A stretch of DNA of 64,000 nt, taken from NCBI GenBank assembly GCA_009103225.1, contig RHPI01003488.1:257438-321437 (forward strand), written 5' to 3'. This DNA is from Chlorokybus atmophyticus (lineage: Eukaryota; Plantae; Mesostigma and Chlorokybus algae). Positions 10,901-23,129 of this stretch are shown here, piece after piece; positions within the stretch are counted from its first letter, which is position 1; each line of letters begins with the position of its first letter. The position numbers and the translations under genes were made by a program. The notes under the pieces are model-generated. The model made no database searches and was not told the DNA's origin. It worked only from the letters and a program-made list of their open reading frames with translations.

Positions 10901-13226
10901 AGCGTCGCACCAACTGCTTCATAACCTTTGTGAACACGAAGCAAGCCGTGCTCAACCCAAATGGCAACGAGCAAAAGTTGTACATGTTGCCCGCAAATGA
11001 GAACCCCAAGTAGCCCTAAAAGGCGGGGTGAATGTCCACATGATGGTATTCAGACTTTAAGTCCGTGGAGAACAACCAATCCTCGGGTTGTAGCAAGTCT
11101 GTGATGCTGCGCACATCTGCATACTTGAATGGGGTGTTCACCAAGTAGGAGTTGACATAGCGCAAGTCCATAATGATGGCGCAACTTGCGGCCATCATTT
11201 ACCACATTGAGTGGGCTCACTACGAGGGGGGGTGTAAGACACTCTTGTGTAGCCCCATTATGCACCGAGTTTGCAATGGCCGCTGCAGTAAAAACCGAAA
11301 ACTCATGCACACCCTTAAGATTGGAGAATGCCCATTCAGGTGGTAGATCTTGAGCCCACGGCAGCTTGTACCCGTACTCCACCCATGACAGGATTATAGT
11401 AGACTCATAGAATTTCACGCCATGCGGGCAAGGCATCCCGTAAGCGGTGCCTTATATATGGACTTGCCACAACCAAGTTGCTAGGTGCTTGTGCAAGCTC
11501 ATGATGCTTCATCCAATCTTCCACGAGCTCTGACTTCATTGCAATGTAGTCAAGTGCCACAGTGTACACTGCCTCTGTTTCTACCTCCCGTATGTGTCAT
11601 AAGTGAGTGAATGCACTCTCATCTTGGACCAGTCATTACTTTTGCATACGATGTTCGATGGGGACGTTTAAGGTTTTGAAATGAAGCGCTTTGCAGCGCT
11701 CATACCAATAAGCGGCCAATAGGAAAGAAAATCGAAAAAGAAAGAAACTGTTTTCCAAGGACGGCCTCACACACAAGTTGCACCAAACAGAGTGCAACCA
11801 TAGCAAACCGTGTTAAAATTTACGTTCTTTAGCTCTATGTGAGTGTCACTGCGTCACAAAAAGGCACCCAAAGTTTCATCCCATTCAAGAGTTGTGCGAC
11901 ACCTCAATCGAAGTTACAGGCAACGATTGCACACAAGTGTACAGTTGCTATGCTATCACATGGTCACCACAGCTACAAAGCTGTTCTATCGGCCCCCACG
12001 GTTAGCGGAGGTCTTACGGCAATTGGCACGCACGTGCCTTAGCTCCCCGCTGTTTTAACAAGTGCGGGCATCACGCTGGCCCCCAGTAAAAGCCGCCTGA
12101 AACTGTATGGGAGCGGTTATGTAGCTGGTGTGCCTTGCACCACATGCATAGGACCCGGAGTAGTGAGGGGGCTTACTGGCCCCGCCCCTTGTTGGGAGTA
12201 TAGGCAGGCTTTGCCTTGATCTTAGGCTGCGCCGCAGCCACCTCCTTCATTGCCATCTTAAGGCGCTTCTCTTCCAGGTGATCCGCGGCCAGAGGGTTGC
12301 CCTGCAATTTCTCCACCACCTTCCTGTAATGTAATTGTTGGCCATTTCCACATAGTGAAACTGCTTGAACACTTCGTCCAGCGCTAGGGAGATAAGCCGC
12401 CACATTCACATGTTGCCGAGCCCGCTTCCTCATGTTCTCCTTCAAAGGGACCGCGGGCTCATTAAAGCGGTTGCACATCGCCTCCACCCGAGCATTGAGG
12501 GTGTTGGAGTCCGTCTCGCGGCGAAGGATGCTCACGAGTAGCGGGTGGTTGGGCTCGGTGGCGACGGGCTCACGAGGGATGGCGGGCGCCTTCCCACGCT
12601 TGAGGCGCATGTTCTCCGCCTCCAACTCCTCCAACCTCCGTGCCATTACCTCCATGGGTGTCATGGATGGGGAAAAGCGTTGGAGAACGGGCTTGCCTCC
12701 TTCTTCCTACGCTTGTAAGTGACGAAGGGCGGGTTTCCGTCATCCTCGTTGTCCTCATCCTCCTCACCACCACCGTCACCTTCCTTGTTTACCTCCTCCT
12801 CTCCCCTCCCCACGGGGGGGCGCACCTCTCCCTCCTCCCTCGCCGCTCTCTTTTCCTCCTACTCACTTAAGGTGTGGCAACGCGAACTCCTAGTCCGCGA
12901 CAAGCGATTGGCGGCTAGTGACGCTACCGCGGCTGTGGCCGCCACCTCCTCTGCATCATCTTGGGCACTCGGTCGTGACTGTGCAACCATGATGGAGATC
13001 CTACTCCGTCCACACCTCCTCACCACACTTGCCACCCACGCCAAGGATGGCGCCGCCGTGCTAGGGTTTCAAGCAACTAAATAAGGAGCTTGAGACTCAC
13101 AACTCACGCCTAGTGAGTGCTTGTGCCCCCAAGTGCCCAAGGCATTAGGGGCACAAGAGTCTCATAACTCATTAACGAGTTCTTGAGTTCATGGGCGCGC
13201 ATTTCATGCGCTTCATGAACTCATAT
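7972..13226 (-). mobile_element. Degenerate DIRS-order (PAT/TOC-like) tyrosine-recombinase retrotransposon with split direct repeats
   Basis: Gag-like ORF at 12173-12664. RT at about 10560-11445 (VVSPLNVV..GRKLR..DLRYVN; STDLKSEYHH; SLPFGLSTACFVFTKVM; LPYIVDFLF). RNase H at about 9950-10300, MT at about 9700-9940 (LIVPEWTTQTWWPVL), YR at about 8600-9500 (MDLVIPRSKT; GTHSAHSGAATQA). Repeat A is 13023-13226 = 8267-8470; repeat B is 8471-8532 = 7972-8033. Confidence 0.88.
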
Positions 13227-14343
13227 CTCCCGCCCCAAATTTAACAACTCTGGGGAGTTGTCTGCTTCACCTTTCTCGGGGATGTCCTCACCCTCGGCAT
13301 CACTACCACGGCTAGCGCGTGTGCAAATCATTTTTGACTACTCTATTTCACAAAACCCGTTCGGTGCCTTCGCCATCACCCCTCCTTGGTACTACCAACG
13401 AGGGGTGGAGCAAGCAATTCAGCGAGTCGCTTGCTCCACCCCTTTACACCACCTTTTACACTCACCCCCAAACCCACCAAGGGAGGGCTTGTCTACTACG
13501 TGCTGGAGACATTTACATATTCGTCGCGGTGTGCTGACACGCACGATGCTTGAAACCACCTGCGCTTTGTCAACCTCGTATGTTGTAAACCCCCATTCAT
13601 TTGTATGCATGTGTTGTGATTATGCTTGTGCGTGTGTCGTGTCTCTCTTCTCTTTGTGCAACAGTCTCACCCACCCACAATCCTTTGCGCAGACATTTGT
13701 ACGAGCAAGCCGGATGGGACATTCTGCCCAAATGGCTTCACGGGGTGTTGGGAGGAAGTTTTCAGGGTGCGTTTGTCGTGTTGTGTCGTGTTGCCGCAAA
13801 ATAAACAAGCAACAGCTGCAATTGAGTCACTTCTCCTGTTCCACTGCTTGCTCACTAAGTTGCCGTTGCGACCCCCACCACCGTTGCCACCTCCGCCACC
13901 ACTATCACCCCCACCTGCGCTACTACCATTATCGCCATCACCACCACCACCGCCATCGCCGCGGTGGCGGGGATGGTGGTGATAGCGGCCATCCCCACCA
14001 TCACCTCCACTTTCATCACCGCCGTCACCGCCCCCACGCATTCGTCATGGTGATTGCCAGGTTGAGGGGGTGCTTCGGTTGTTACATTGCATGCCTGTGA
14101 GATTGCGCTCTTCACATGGCCATTGTTGTTGTTTTAATTTGACGTACATGCACGTGTCACACAATCAATAAGCCCAACCCGTGCGGTCAATGCCAACCTA
14201 TGACTAGCGGCTGTCACTGGATCCATCAACATGGCTTCTTCAAACATATAGGTTAACGTTACTATAGTCAGTGTACACGCTATAGCGTGTTGAGAACTAG
14301 TGATGCGCCTAGTGTGTGTGTTATTGCCTCTTACATACGCGTG

Positions 14344-17300
14344 TGTTAAAGGAATGGAGTCAGCCGTTATCTTCATGTCACTTTTCTACGATCAACTTAT
14401 CTTTTAGCAGTTATGGTCGACGGCAGTTACAGTCGTTACAAGTCAACTCTGGTCAACCTTTTACTTTAACTAGTGGTTATGGAGGTTACAGGAGTTACGG
14501 GAGTTATGGAGGTTACGGGAGTTACGGTCAATTGCCGTTACACAAGTCACGCTTTGACTTTGACCAGTGTGTACTAGTGTTGACTTTGACTAGTACCACA
14601 TATAGTTGACTAGTGTACTATATAAGCCACTGTGTGTTGCTTATTCCAATAGATCCACTTTGCTCTATTTCTTGGCGCCACACTTTGTGCATTGTGTGCT
14701 TAGCTTGCTACTGTGCAATCTCTCAACAGGTTATGGGCCCACACTAGCACTAGCTACACAATAGGATAACAAGTTGGTGATTAGCTTGGGGAGGCGCCGT
14801 CTTCATTGCAACCTAGCAAGGGAAGCATGGCGACCAGCTATGACAAGGTGAACATTGAACCTCTGGACCTCGACAACTATGGGACATGGAGCATCCGGAT
14901 GCAGATGCTACTCATGCACAAGGATCTATGGTCAGTGGTGGATCCCACAGAGCGCCCTCTCGACATGGAGGACGCACCCACAAAAAGAAGGTCAAATCAG
15001 GCACTTGCTTTGATATGATTGAATGTAGTACAGCATCACTTAGCGCTTGTTGCACGTTGCAAGTCTGCTAGAGAGTTGTGGCAGAAGTTTGCTGAGGTTT
15101 ACAAGGCTAAGAACAATGCTAGGAAGTTGCAGCTGAGGAAGCAGTTGAATGCTTTGAGGAAGGATGTTGCTGAACCTGTCATCAAGTTCATCTCACGAGC
15201 CAGGCAGCTGTGGGACGACTTGCTTGCCATTGGACATGAAGTGAAGGAGGTGGAGGTGGTCTGGGTCATCCTTGCTGGCTTGCCCAAGGAGTTCGAGATG
15301 ACTGTCACCATCATGGAGTCAACCAGTGAGGAGCTCACCCTCGAGGCCATCACCCCACGCCTACTTCAGGTCGAGCAACGAGCATCCACTTCACGCCAGG
15401 ACGAGGCTGAAGCTGTGGCATTCGCGGCACAATCCAATCCACGCCCCAACAACAACAACGGTGGTGGGAAGAAGGAGACGCGTACCTGCCACTACTGCAA
15501 CAAGAAGGGACACCTAAAGAAGGACTGTCGAAAGTTGAAGCGCGATCAGCAACAGAAACAAGGTTCTGATAGACAAGCTGTAGCACTTGCTGCTAGCACC
15601 ACTGCTATCGAAAGCGCTTGGTTGTTCGATTCTGCGTGCACACAGCATATGACCCCACACAGACATGAGTTCCAGGAATATCATGCTCTGAGCGATGCTG
15701 CTGGTGTGAAAGTGAGCTTTGGCAACAAGCTGCACTTGCAAGCTGTGGGAGTGGGCACCGTCATCCTACACACTGTGGTGGCGGGCGCTACACACGAAGT
15801 GGCCCTGAAGGAGGTGATCCATGTGCCAGGATTAGCTTCCAGCCTGTTCTCCGTTCGAAGAGCTACAAGCGCAGGCGCCAAAGTTGACTTCACTGCTCAG
15901 AAGTGTCAAGTCAAGGTGAACAACATTGTTGTTGTGGAGGGCACATTGCAAGAGAGCTTGTACTGCATTACACTGGTTCGGCAGCATGCGTTGTCTGCGA
16001 CAGTCACTGCATCGGACAAAGCTCATCTTTGGCACGGAAGACTTGGACATCTTGGATGGGACAACCTGGCAAGACTGGTGGCTGAGGACATGGTGGAAGG
16101 GATCAACATCAAAGCGGAGGACATCAAGGCAGTAAAAGGTGATCTATGCGAGACGTGCGTGCTGAGCAAGATGCCTAGGCAGCCTTTTCCTACCTCTTCC
16201 CGCACCAGTACAGCACCCTTGCAGCTCGTGCACATGGATGTGTGCGGTCCCATGCCAGTTGCGTCCACTGGAGGGAGTTGGTACGTTGCCACTTTCATAG
16301 ATGACTTCAGCAAGCTGTCTGCTATCATTCCAGTTGCTGCGAAGTCGGATGTTGCTGCTGTAGTCAAGAGGACACTCACTCAGCTGGCTACACAAGCAAA
16401 GACAAAGGTGTTGGCGTTGAAAAGTGATCGAGGCTCTGAGTATCTCAACCACACCTTGAAGAGCTACCTGGATGAGCACGGCATCAAGCATGAGACTACT
16501 GCACCCTACACCCCTGAGCAAAACGGTGCTGCGGAGCGTCTCAACCGCACGCTTGTGGAGCGCGTTCGTGCCATGCTTACAGATACAAAGCTGGACAAAG
16601 CTTTGTGGGCTGAGGCGTTTGTCACGGCCAATTACATCCGCAATAGGTCACCTACGAGCAACAGAGCCAAGACCCCGTGGGAGTTGCTCTACGGTGCGAA
16701 GCCTGATGTAACGCACATGCGTGTGTTTGGAGCCAAGGCGTATCCACACATCCCCAAGCAGCTAAGAAGGAAGCTTGAGAACGTGAGGGAGATGGGTGTC
16801 TTTGTTGGGTACGAGCCAAACTCCAAGGCGTACAGGATCTTGCTTGAGGACAGCAAGAAGATTGTGGTTCGAAGGGATGTTGTCTTCGACGAGAAGATGG
16901 TGGCGACTTCACCAACAACACCTTCTACGCCTGTGAACAATGACCTTGCTGAGGAGCCTGAGGTCATCACCACACCATCTGCCAACGTGGAGGTTCCTAA
17001 TGGTGCGCCACACCTTGAGGAGGACGAGATTGCACCTGTGGATGAGCAGGAGAGGCGCTACCCTGTGAGAATCAGAGCGCCACCTCAATTTTACCAAAGG
17101 TTCCAGGCCATGAGCGCTGAAACCACTGAGGAGAAGGAGCCAAGCACCTACCATTAGGCCAATACAGCTCCAGATGCTGAGTTGTGGCGCAAGGCCATGG
17201 ATGAGGAGATTGCTTCGCTACACGCCAACAAGACTTGGGTACTAGAGCAGGTTCCACAAGGCGTCAAGCCTATACCTGTCAAGTGGGTGTACAAGATTAA

Positions 17301-19076
17301 GCGTGACGGCAAGGGCAACATTGAGCGCTACAAGGCGCGACTTGTGGCAAAGGGCTTCCTACAGGAGGAGGGCGTTGACTACAAGGAGGTGTTTGCACCT
17401 GCCAGTAAGCACACAACCTTCAGGGCGCTACTTGCAAAAGTTGCTGTAGAGGACTTGGAGCTGCACCACCTGGACGTGAAGACTGCTTTTCTCTATGGAG
17501 AGTTGGATGAGCAGATCTACGTGCAGCAGCCTCAAGGTTACGAGGAGGGAGGCTCAGGAAAGGCTTGCTTGCTACATAAGGCTCTTTATGGGCTTAAGCA
17601 AGCGCCAAGAGTCTGGCACATTCGGCTCAGCAAGGAGCTAGAGAAGATGGGCGTTCAGCAGTCATCATCAGATCCCGGGCTCTTCATCAGTGAAGACGGC
17701 CAAGTGTGGTTGCTGGTGTATGTGGACGACATCATCTTGGCATCAAACGACACTGCAGCGATGTCACACATCAAGGTGACACTGCAATCTGCTTTCGAGA
17801 TTCGAGATCTTGGCGATGCACGCTTGTTTCTCGGCATTGTCATCACCAGAGACAGAGTTGCAAGGACAATCAAGATCACCCAGAAACAAATGGTCTTGGA
17901 TGTACTCAAGAAGTTCAAGTTGCAAGACGCCAAGGGCAAGGCAACACCACTGAGCGTGGGAGTACATCTACTCAAGGCACAGGACACTACCACTGTGCTT
18001 GACAAGGCTACATATCCATATGGTGAGCTAGTTGGGAGCCTCATCTACTTGTCCATCAGCACAAGGCCTGACATCGCACAAGCCGTGGGAGTCTTGGCGA
18101 GACACATGTCAGCACCAACCATGGAGCACTGGAGGGCGGCAAAAGGAGTTCTTCGCTACCTTGGCAGCACCTTGAACGTGGGTATCACTTTTGGGAGGAC
18201 AACAGATATTGCATTACAGGGTTATTGTGATGCGGACTATGCGGGGGACCTCGACACAAGGAAATCTACCACAGGATACACTTTCCTGATGGGAGGAGGC
18301 GTCGTCAGCTGGAACAGCCGATTACAGCCTACCGTTGCTGCATCAACCACTGAGGCCGAGTACATGGCGGCTTCATCTGCAGTAAAGGAAGCATTGTGGC
18401 TTCGCAAGCTTATTACTGACTTGGGACATGTGCTGAGCTGTGTCACAATCCTTTGTGACAACCAGGGCGCACTCAAGTTGAGTATGCACCCCATTACATC
18501 CACCAGGACAAAGCATATTGACACTATGCACCACATGGTGAGAGAGAGAGTTGCACGTGGTGAAGTGGAGTTCAAGTATTGCAGTACAGAGGACATGCTA
18601 GCTGACTGCATGACCAAGCCACTTCCACCCAACAAGTTCAAAACCTGCTGCATCGGACTTGGAGTACAAGGTTAAGTTGCTCGCGTGGGAGTGTTAAAGG
18701 AATGGAGTCAGCCGTTATCTTCATGTCACTTTTCTACGATCAACTTATCTTTTAGCAGTTATGGTCAACGGCAGTTACAGTCGTTACAAGTCAACTCTGG
18801 TCAACCTTTTACTTTGACTAGTGGTTATGGAGGTTACAGGAGTTACGGGAGTTATGGAGGTTACGGGAGTTACGGTCAATTGCCGTTACACAAGTCACGC
18901 TTTGACTTTGACCAGTGTGTACTAGTGTTGACTTTGACTAGTACCACATATAGTTGACTAGTGTACTATATAAGCCACTGTATGTTGCTTATTCCAATAG
19001 ATCCACTTTGCTCTATTTCTTGGCGCCACACTTTGTGCATTGTGTGCTTAGCTTGCTACTGTGCAATCTCTCAACA
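14344..19076 (+). mobile_element. Near-intact Ty1/copia LTR retrotransposon (Hemivirus/Osser-like PBS)
   Basis: 385-bp LTRs at 14344-14728 and 18692-19076 (TG...CA, 3 substitutions seen by eye). PBS ggttatgggccc at 14729-14740, PPT gctcgcgtgggag at 18679-18691, TSD gcgtg/acgtg. A single gag-PR-IN-RT-RH reading frame spans the interior. Confidence 0.97.
14827..18675 (+). pseudogene. Copia gag-pol polyprotein with two in-frame stops (15016-15018 TGA, 17155-17157 TAG)
   Basis: CHYCNKKGHLKKDC knuckle; WLFDSACTQHM protease; HLWHGRLGH..CETC zinc finger; LVHMDVCGP..SDRGSEY..QNGAAERLNR integrase; YKARLVAKG, LYVDD-type (VYVDD) RT; YCDADYAG..TEAEY..DNQG..ADCMTK RNase H. The three ORF pieces are in the same frame. 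Confidence 0.95.
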
Positions 19077-20633
19077 ACGTGTGCACACACTAAGGAAAAG
19101 TGCAGCAAGCACGCCAACTATAGAGACAATGCGCGACCCATTGTATTAAGCAATATACAGTGTCTTATATACTATGCTACTAAGCACTAGTCAACTCTAG
19201 TCAACTCTGGTGAAAGTCAACACTAGTCAACACTAGTCAATGGTCAAAGTCAACGGTCAAAGTTAAAATTGATCATGGTTGGCCATAACTGCCATAACTC
19301 CCGTACCTCTCATAACTCCCGTGACTATAAAGGTTAAGCTGATCATACCAACTACATGTACGCGCCGCCTATACGTGTACTTTCAACAAGCTATAACATT
19401 TAACATAGTGCATGCGCATGCGTGCGAGACTTGAAAGCCTGCATGCGACTATCCTATTGTACTTGACTTGATTGGTGTTTGCGTGTGAGCAAAATGCGTC
19501 GACGGCAGCAATTGCAAGTCCTTTTGCTCGAGGCCGGTGTCCACGGGGCTGTGGAACACTCCCCCGCTGTAGTGCATCAAGCGAATCAATTGCGTCCTCG
19601 ACGCAGACACATGCTGCCACAAGTGCAAGGCCAACCTCGCTTGCTGAGCATACCATACCGGCGACGGCCGCTACAACAAGGTGTGTGCGTGCGACCCATA
19701 AGGCGCAACAGCGCATGCATGCACACACGCAGGCACGTATGTATATATGTCTCACATGCTCTATTGCCTGCAGGTGTGCAAGCTCTTTAATTGCGGGAAG
19801 AGTTCCCACGCATGCTCTAGGGACGCTCACCTTAACAAAAGCAATGACGCATGGGTTGCTGGCAAGATGTGCAAGTAGTAGTGGTACACGACACCCACAC
19901 AACTCGGTTCTCGCAACACTGCCCCCTGCAAGCTGAAAAGAGAATGAGTACATCATGGTACAGCATGGTAGGAATAAGCACTAGACTCTTAGAGTATAGC
20001 TCGGCTAGGATGGGTGATGAGACACCGCACGTGCGGCAACTTCATATAATGGGGTATACAAGTGGATTGATGAATAATGTCATGTGGCATGTGCCATATT
20101 GGCGATACAGTCGCGTGCATTGCGTGGTTGTCGCTGTCACGCTGACGGCAGTTGCAACCAATTGCTAGGGCAGATGCTGATAACACATTGGGCAATACAA
20201 GCTTGGCTACAAGCAATTCATGTGGCGCACAAATCAACAGAAGCGCTACGGTATGTGTATATACATGATCGGTTGAAGCCAAATACTCTGTGCCATGCAA
20301 GTACCATGCATCCGGCATTGCTTCGCACCTCGTGTAGTGTTATAGACTCCAAAGTGCCATGCATATCAACACGGTCACCTGGTGAGCAGCAATTGAAAGG
20401 AGGACACCCTATGGGTATGTGAGGTCTGTGCACTAACCCCTGAGCGTACAACATGAACACGACATGCGCGTCCTCGCAATGTCATCATTATTTGGTGCGC
20501 CCATCGCGCCATATTCGCGGCCGCGTTGCCAGCCGAACAGCAGCCTGCAGGTGATACCCTAGACGTGCCGCATGTCTGGCCCAATAGGGCGGCCGAAGAT
20601 GGACGAAGTGCTTGCGCCACATATAATGCGCGC

Positions 20634-22122
20634 TGTTGAGAACTAATGATGCGCCTAGTGTGTGTGTATTCGCCTCTTACATATAAGCATGCACACACCA
20701 CGGACAAGTGCAGCAAGCACGCCAGCTACAGAGGCAATGTGCGACCCACTATGTTAAGCAATATACAGTGTCTTATATACTACGCTACCAAGCACTAGTC
20801 AACTTTAGTCAATTCTGGTCAAAGTCAACACTAGTCAACATTAGTCGACGGTCAAAGTTAAAGTTGATCATGGTTGACCATAACTGCCGTAACTCCCGTA
20901 ACTCTCATAACTCCCGTAACTATACAGGTTAAGCTGATCGTACCAATTACATGTAGGCGCCGCCTATACATGTACTTTCAACAAGCTATAACACTCCCAC
21001 GCGAGCAGCTTGACCTTGAACTCCAAGTTCTTCTCGCAAGCTTACCCACATTAACTTACTTTATTGAACACTCCCACGGATGTGTTGCTGCCACGAACTT
21101 GATGCTTGTCTCCGTGAAACCATCCTTCTCCTCGTGCTGCCAGCAAGATAACAATGTTTAAATACTCCTTGTTTCCTCCTCATAGTATTCGCATCAAGTT
21201 CCACCACGCCACGCCTGACCTTGCTCCGGTGGTTTCGGAGACTCCCACAATGGCCAACTATGCTATAAACTACACCGAGTTCTCTACCTTAGCAATGCTG
21301 TACCAGAGTGTAGGCCGTGCAAGGGTTGATCAGACCCTTCTAATAAGGAAAGCACCCCTCCCATCTCCTGTTGGCTAGCTATACAACTCACTCACTCACT
21401 CCTTGCATGCCGATCAATTGAAGTGTTCTAACCAGTGCCGCACATCTGTGTGCTACCAAAAACAACTCCATATCAATGCAACCTCTAGTGTATGCAGCTC
21501 AACACCAGCAACTACTCATAGGCTAGCAGTATCTCTCATAGACCTTTGTGTCTGCGACCTCCATGTACGCATGTTCTTCACGCGCCCTTGCAGTGGGAGA
21601 GGACGGACGAACACCATCTACTGCAACTCCTTGAGGTCCTCACCAATGCTAAAGAGCAATCGCCATTGTGGCGTGCTTCTCTTTGGTTGCCTCATTGTAG
21701 ATCCTCTCCTGGCACTCGCGAATGAGGTGGCCCTTCATCTTGCAGTAGTGACACTCTTTGTCACGTGATGGCTTCCCACCACCTGCTTTGCTCCTGCTTC
21801 GTGTGTGTTGAGAAGATAAGGCAGCAAGTGCAATAGGTTCTCCACCATTCTTTATCTCCTGAACATCCGACTTGCCTTCCACAGCTAGCAGCTTAGGCAC
21901 TACATCAGCAAACTTCAAAGCCACATCTGAGGACTCCAACACAGTCACTAGCGTAGCAAAGCTCTTTCCTAAGCCAGGTAAGACTGCCCACATCACCTCC
22001 TCTTCTTTCACATCGTGGCCCACTGCTGCAAGGTCTTGCCAAAGCTCCCCTGCACGCGAGTTGTACTTCTGGATTGGCTCTTTGTGCTCCATCCTCAGAA
22101 GTCGGGGGGGGGGGGGGGGGGG
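20634..22122 (-). mobile_element. Second gag-only copia derivative (family A): 3' LTR 20634-20993 plus internal part, cut by an assembly gap
   Basis: Collinear with 4797-6260. Gag fragment KEPIQKYNSRAGELWQDLAA...KECHYCKMKGHLIREC. Ends in a G-run plus N at 22123. Confidence 0.88.
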
Positions 22123-22314
22123 NTGCCCATGCACAGCCGACACGCATTTACTATGTTGGCTTGCACATCATCAGCATCTGTCAGCTGCCGCGCATGCATC
22201 AGCAAGGCTGCTGACGCTTAAGCCTTAGTTGATCTCAACTTGCCTCCATCAAGTTCGAGGCGGGCTCCCTACCGCTTGCTCGGCCTTGCGGGTTAGCCTC
22301 ATTGTCTGAACCAA

Positions 22315-22319
<5 letters not shown>

Positions 22320-22346
<27 letters not shown>
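22320..22346. repeat. (CT)n microsatellite
   Basis: Direct reading. Confidence 0.95.
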
Positions 22347-22347
<1 letters not shown>

Positions 22348-23129
22348 TGCTGCCGCCTGGCCGCCTGGCCAGCCTTGGCCAAAGTAGGTAAGCTGGTCTT
22401 TTACTGGCTGACTTGCGCACGCATAAGCACCATCGTAGTCAAGAGAGAAAAGGCCTGCTACTAATTGCTGCATTACTCGTCTTGTTTAGGTGCAATGCTA
22501 ACCAACCGATAAAAACCGGTCTCTAATACACTTTTTCGCGTGTGCCTGTGCGAGTGTAGTAGGGGGGCATAATGAAGGCAGACACAGCTTCAGCAACAAC
22601 GACGCTGACGCCGTGGTGGCGGCTTATTGTCCTTGTCGCAGTTCTGGCCATGCATGCTGACACGTGTACAGCGCAAGGCGAGACCTATCCGCAGCAGCTT
22701 CACGTCCTGGCGCAAGTGTCACGCCTATAAGGCTGGCAAAAGTCACTCTCTGTCCCTTACTTATGTTGTAGGAAGAGACCAAGTGGGTTTTCCATTCCAT
22801 AAGCATGTGTAGTGCTCGTGGGGTGCGCTCTCATGTAGGTCTACTCTTGAGCCTGTATGGCCCTGAGTGTGATGAACTACACAAGGCATTAATGAGGGCT
22901 AGCACAATGCTAGTGAGTGCCTGAGGCCTTTGGCCCAAACCTATGAGTTGCCACAGGATGTGACAGCTCTAACAACGAAAGCCATGTTGGCAAACTACAT
23001 GATGATACCGCAGTAGTGCGATTTGCCACTGTGATGACAGTCGCAAGGCTAAGTGATGCTTGTGGGTAATCCACAAGTACTGTACTAGGAGAGCCTATGT
23101 TTGTGGTTCCAAGGTAGGATTGTTCCTCC

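Larger units (their letters stand above)
14288..19405 (-). mobile_element. Solo LTR of family A (14288-14343 plus 19082-19405), split by the copia insertion
   Basis: Starts tgttgagaactagtgatgcgcc and ends caagctataacatttaaca like the LTR at 4797-5163. Flanks tagcg/tagtg form a 5-bp TSD with one CpG-type mismatch. Confidence 0.85.
13227..20633 (+). pseudogene. Decayed, TE-interrupted paralogue of the Sib-like/Pro-rich/EGF/PAN gene (segments 13227-14287 and 19406-about 20400) followed by an LPAAT 3' fragment
   Basis: Collinear with about 31385-33950: DYSISQNPFGAFAITPP vs DYAIPQYPFDAYAITPP; GGLVYYV in both; Pro-rich exon at about 13860-14040; decayed EGF exon at about 14165-14250; PAN exon gcaagtccttttgctcgaggccggtgtccac at about 19513. 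Frameshifts are present and the 5' part is absent. Confidence 0.8.

Noticed and set aside
14476-14530. Short-period ggagttac/ggttac repeats resembling a telomere or CRISPR array
   Set aside because: They are degenerate 9-bp units inside LTRs, with no repeat-spacer structure and no TTTAGGG array.
14316-14609. Identical ORFs (GYGGYRSYGSYGG) at 14316-14609 and 18685-18957
   Set aside because: These are chance read-throughs of the ggagttac repeats in the two copia LTRs, not glycine-rich genes.
22104-22123. G-run ending in N
   Set aside because: This is an assembly gap or low-quality junction. Sequence on the two sides may not be contiguous, so no biological junction is claimed.
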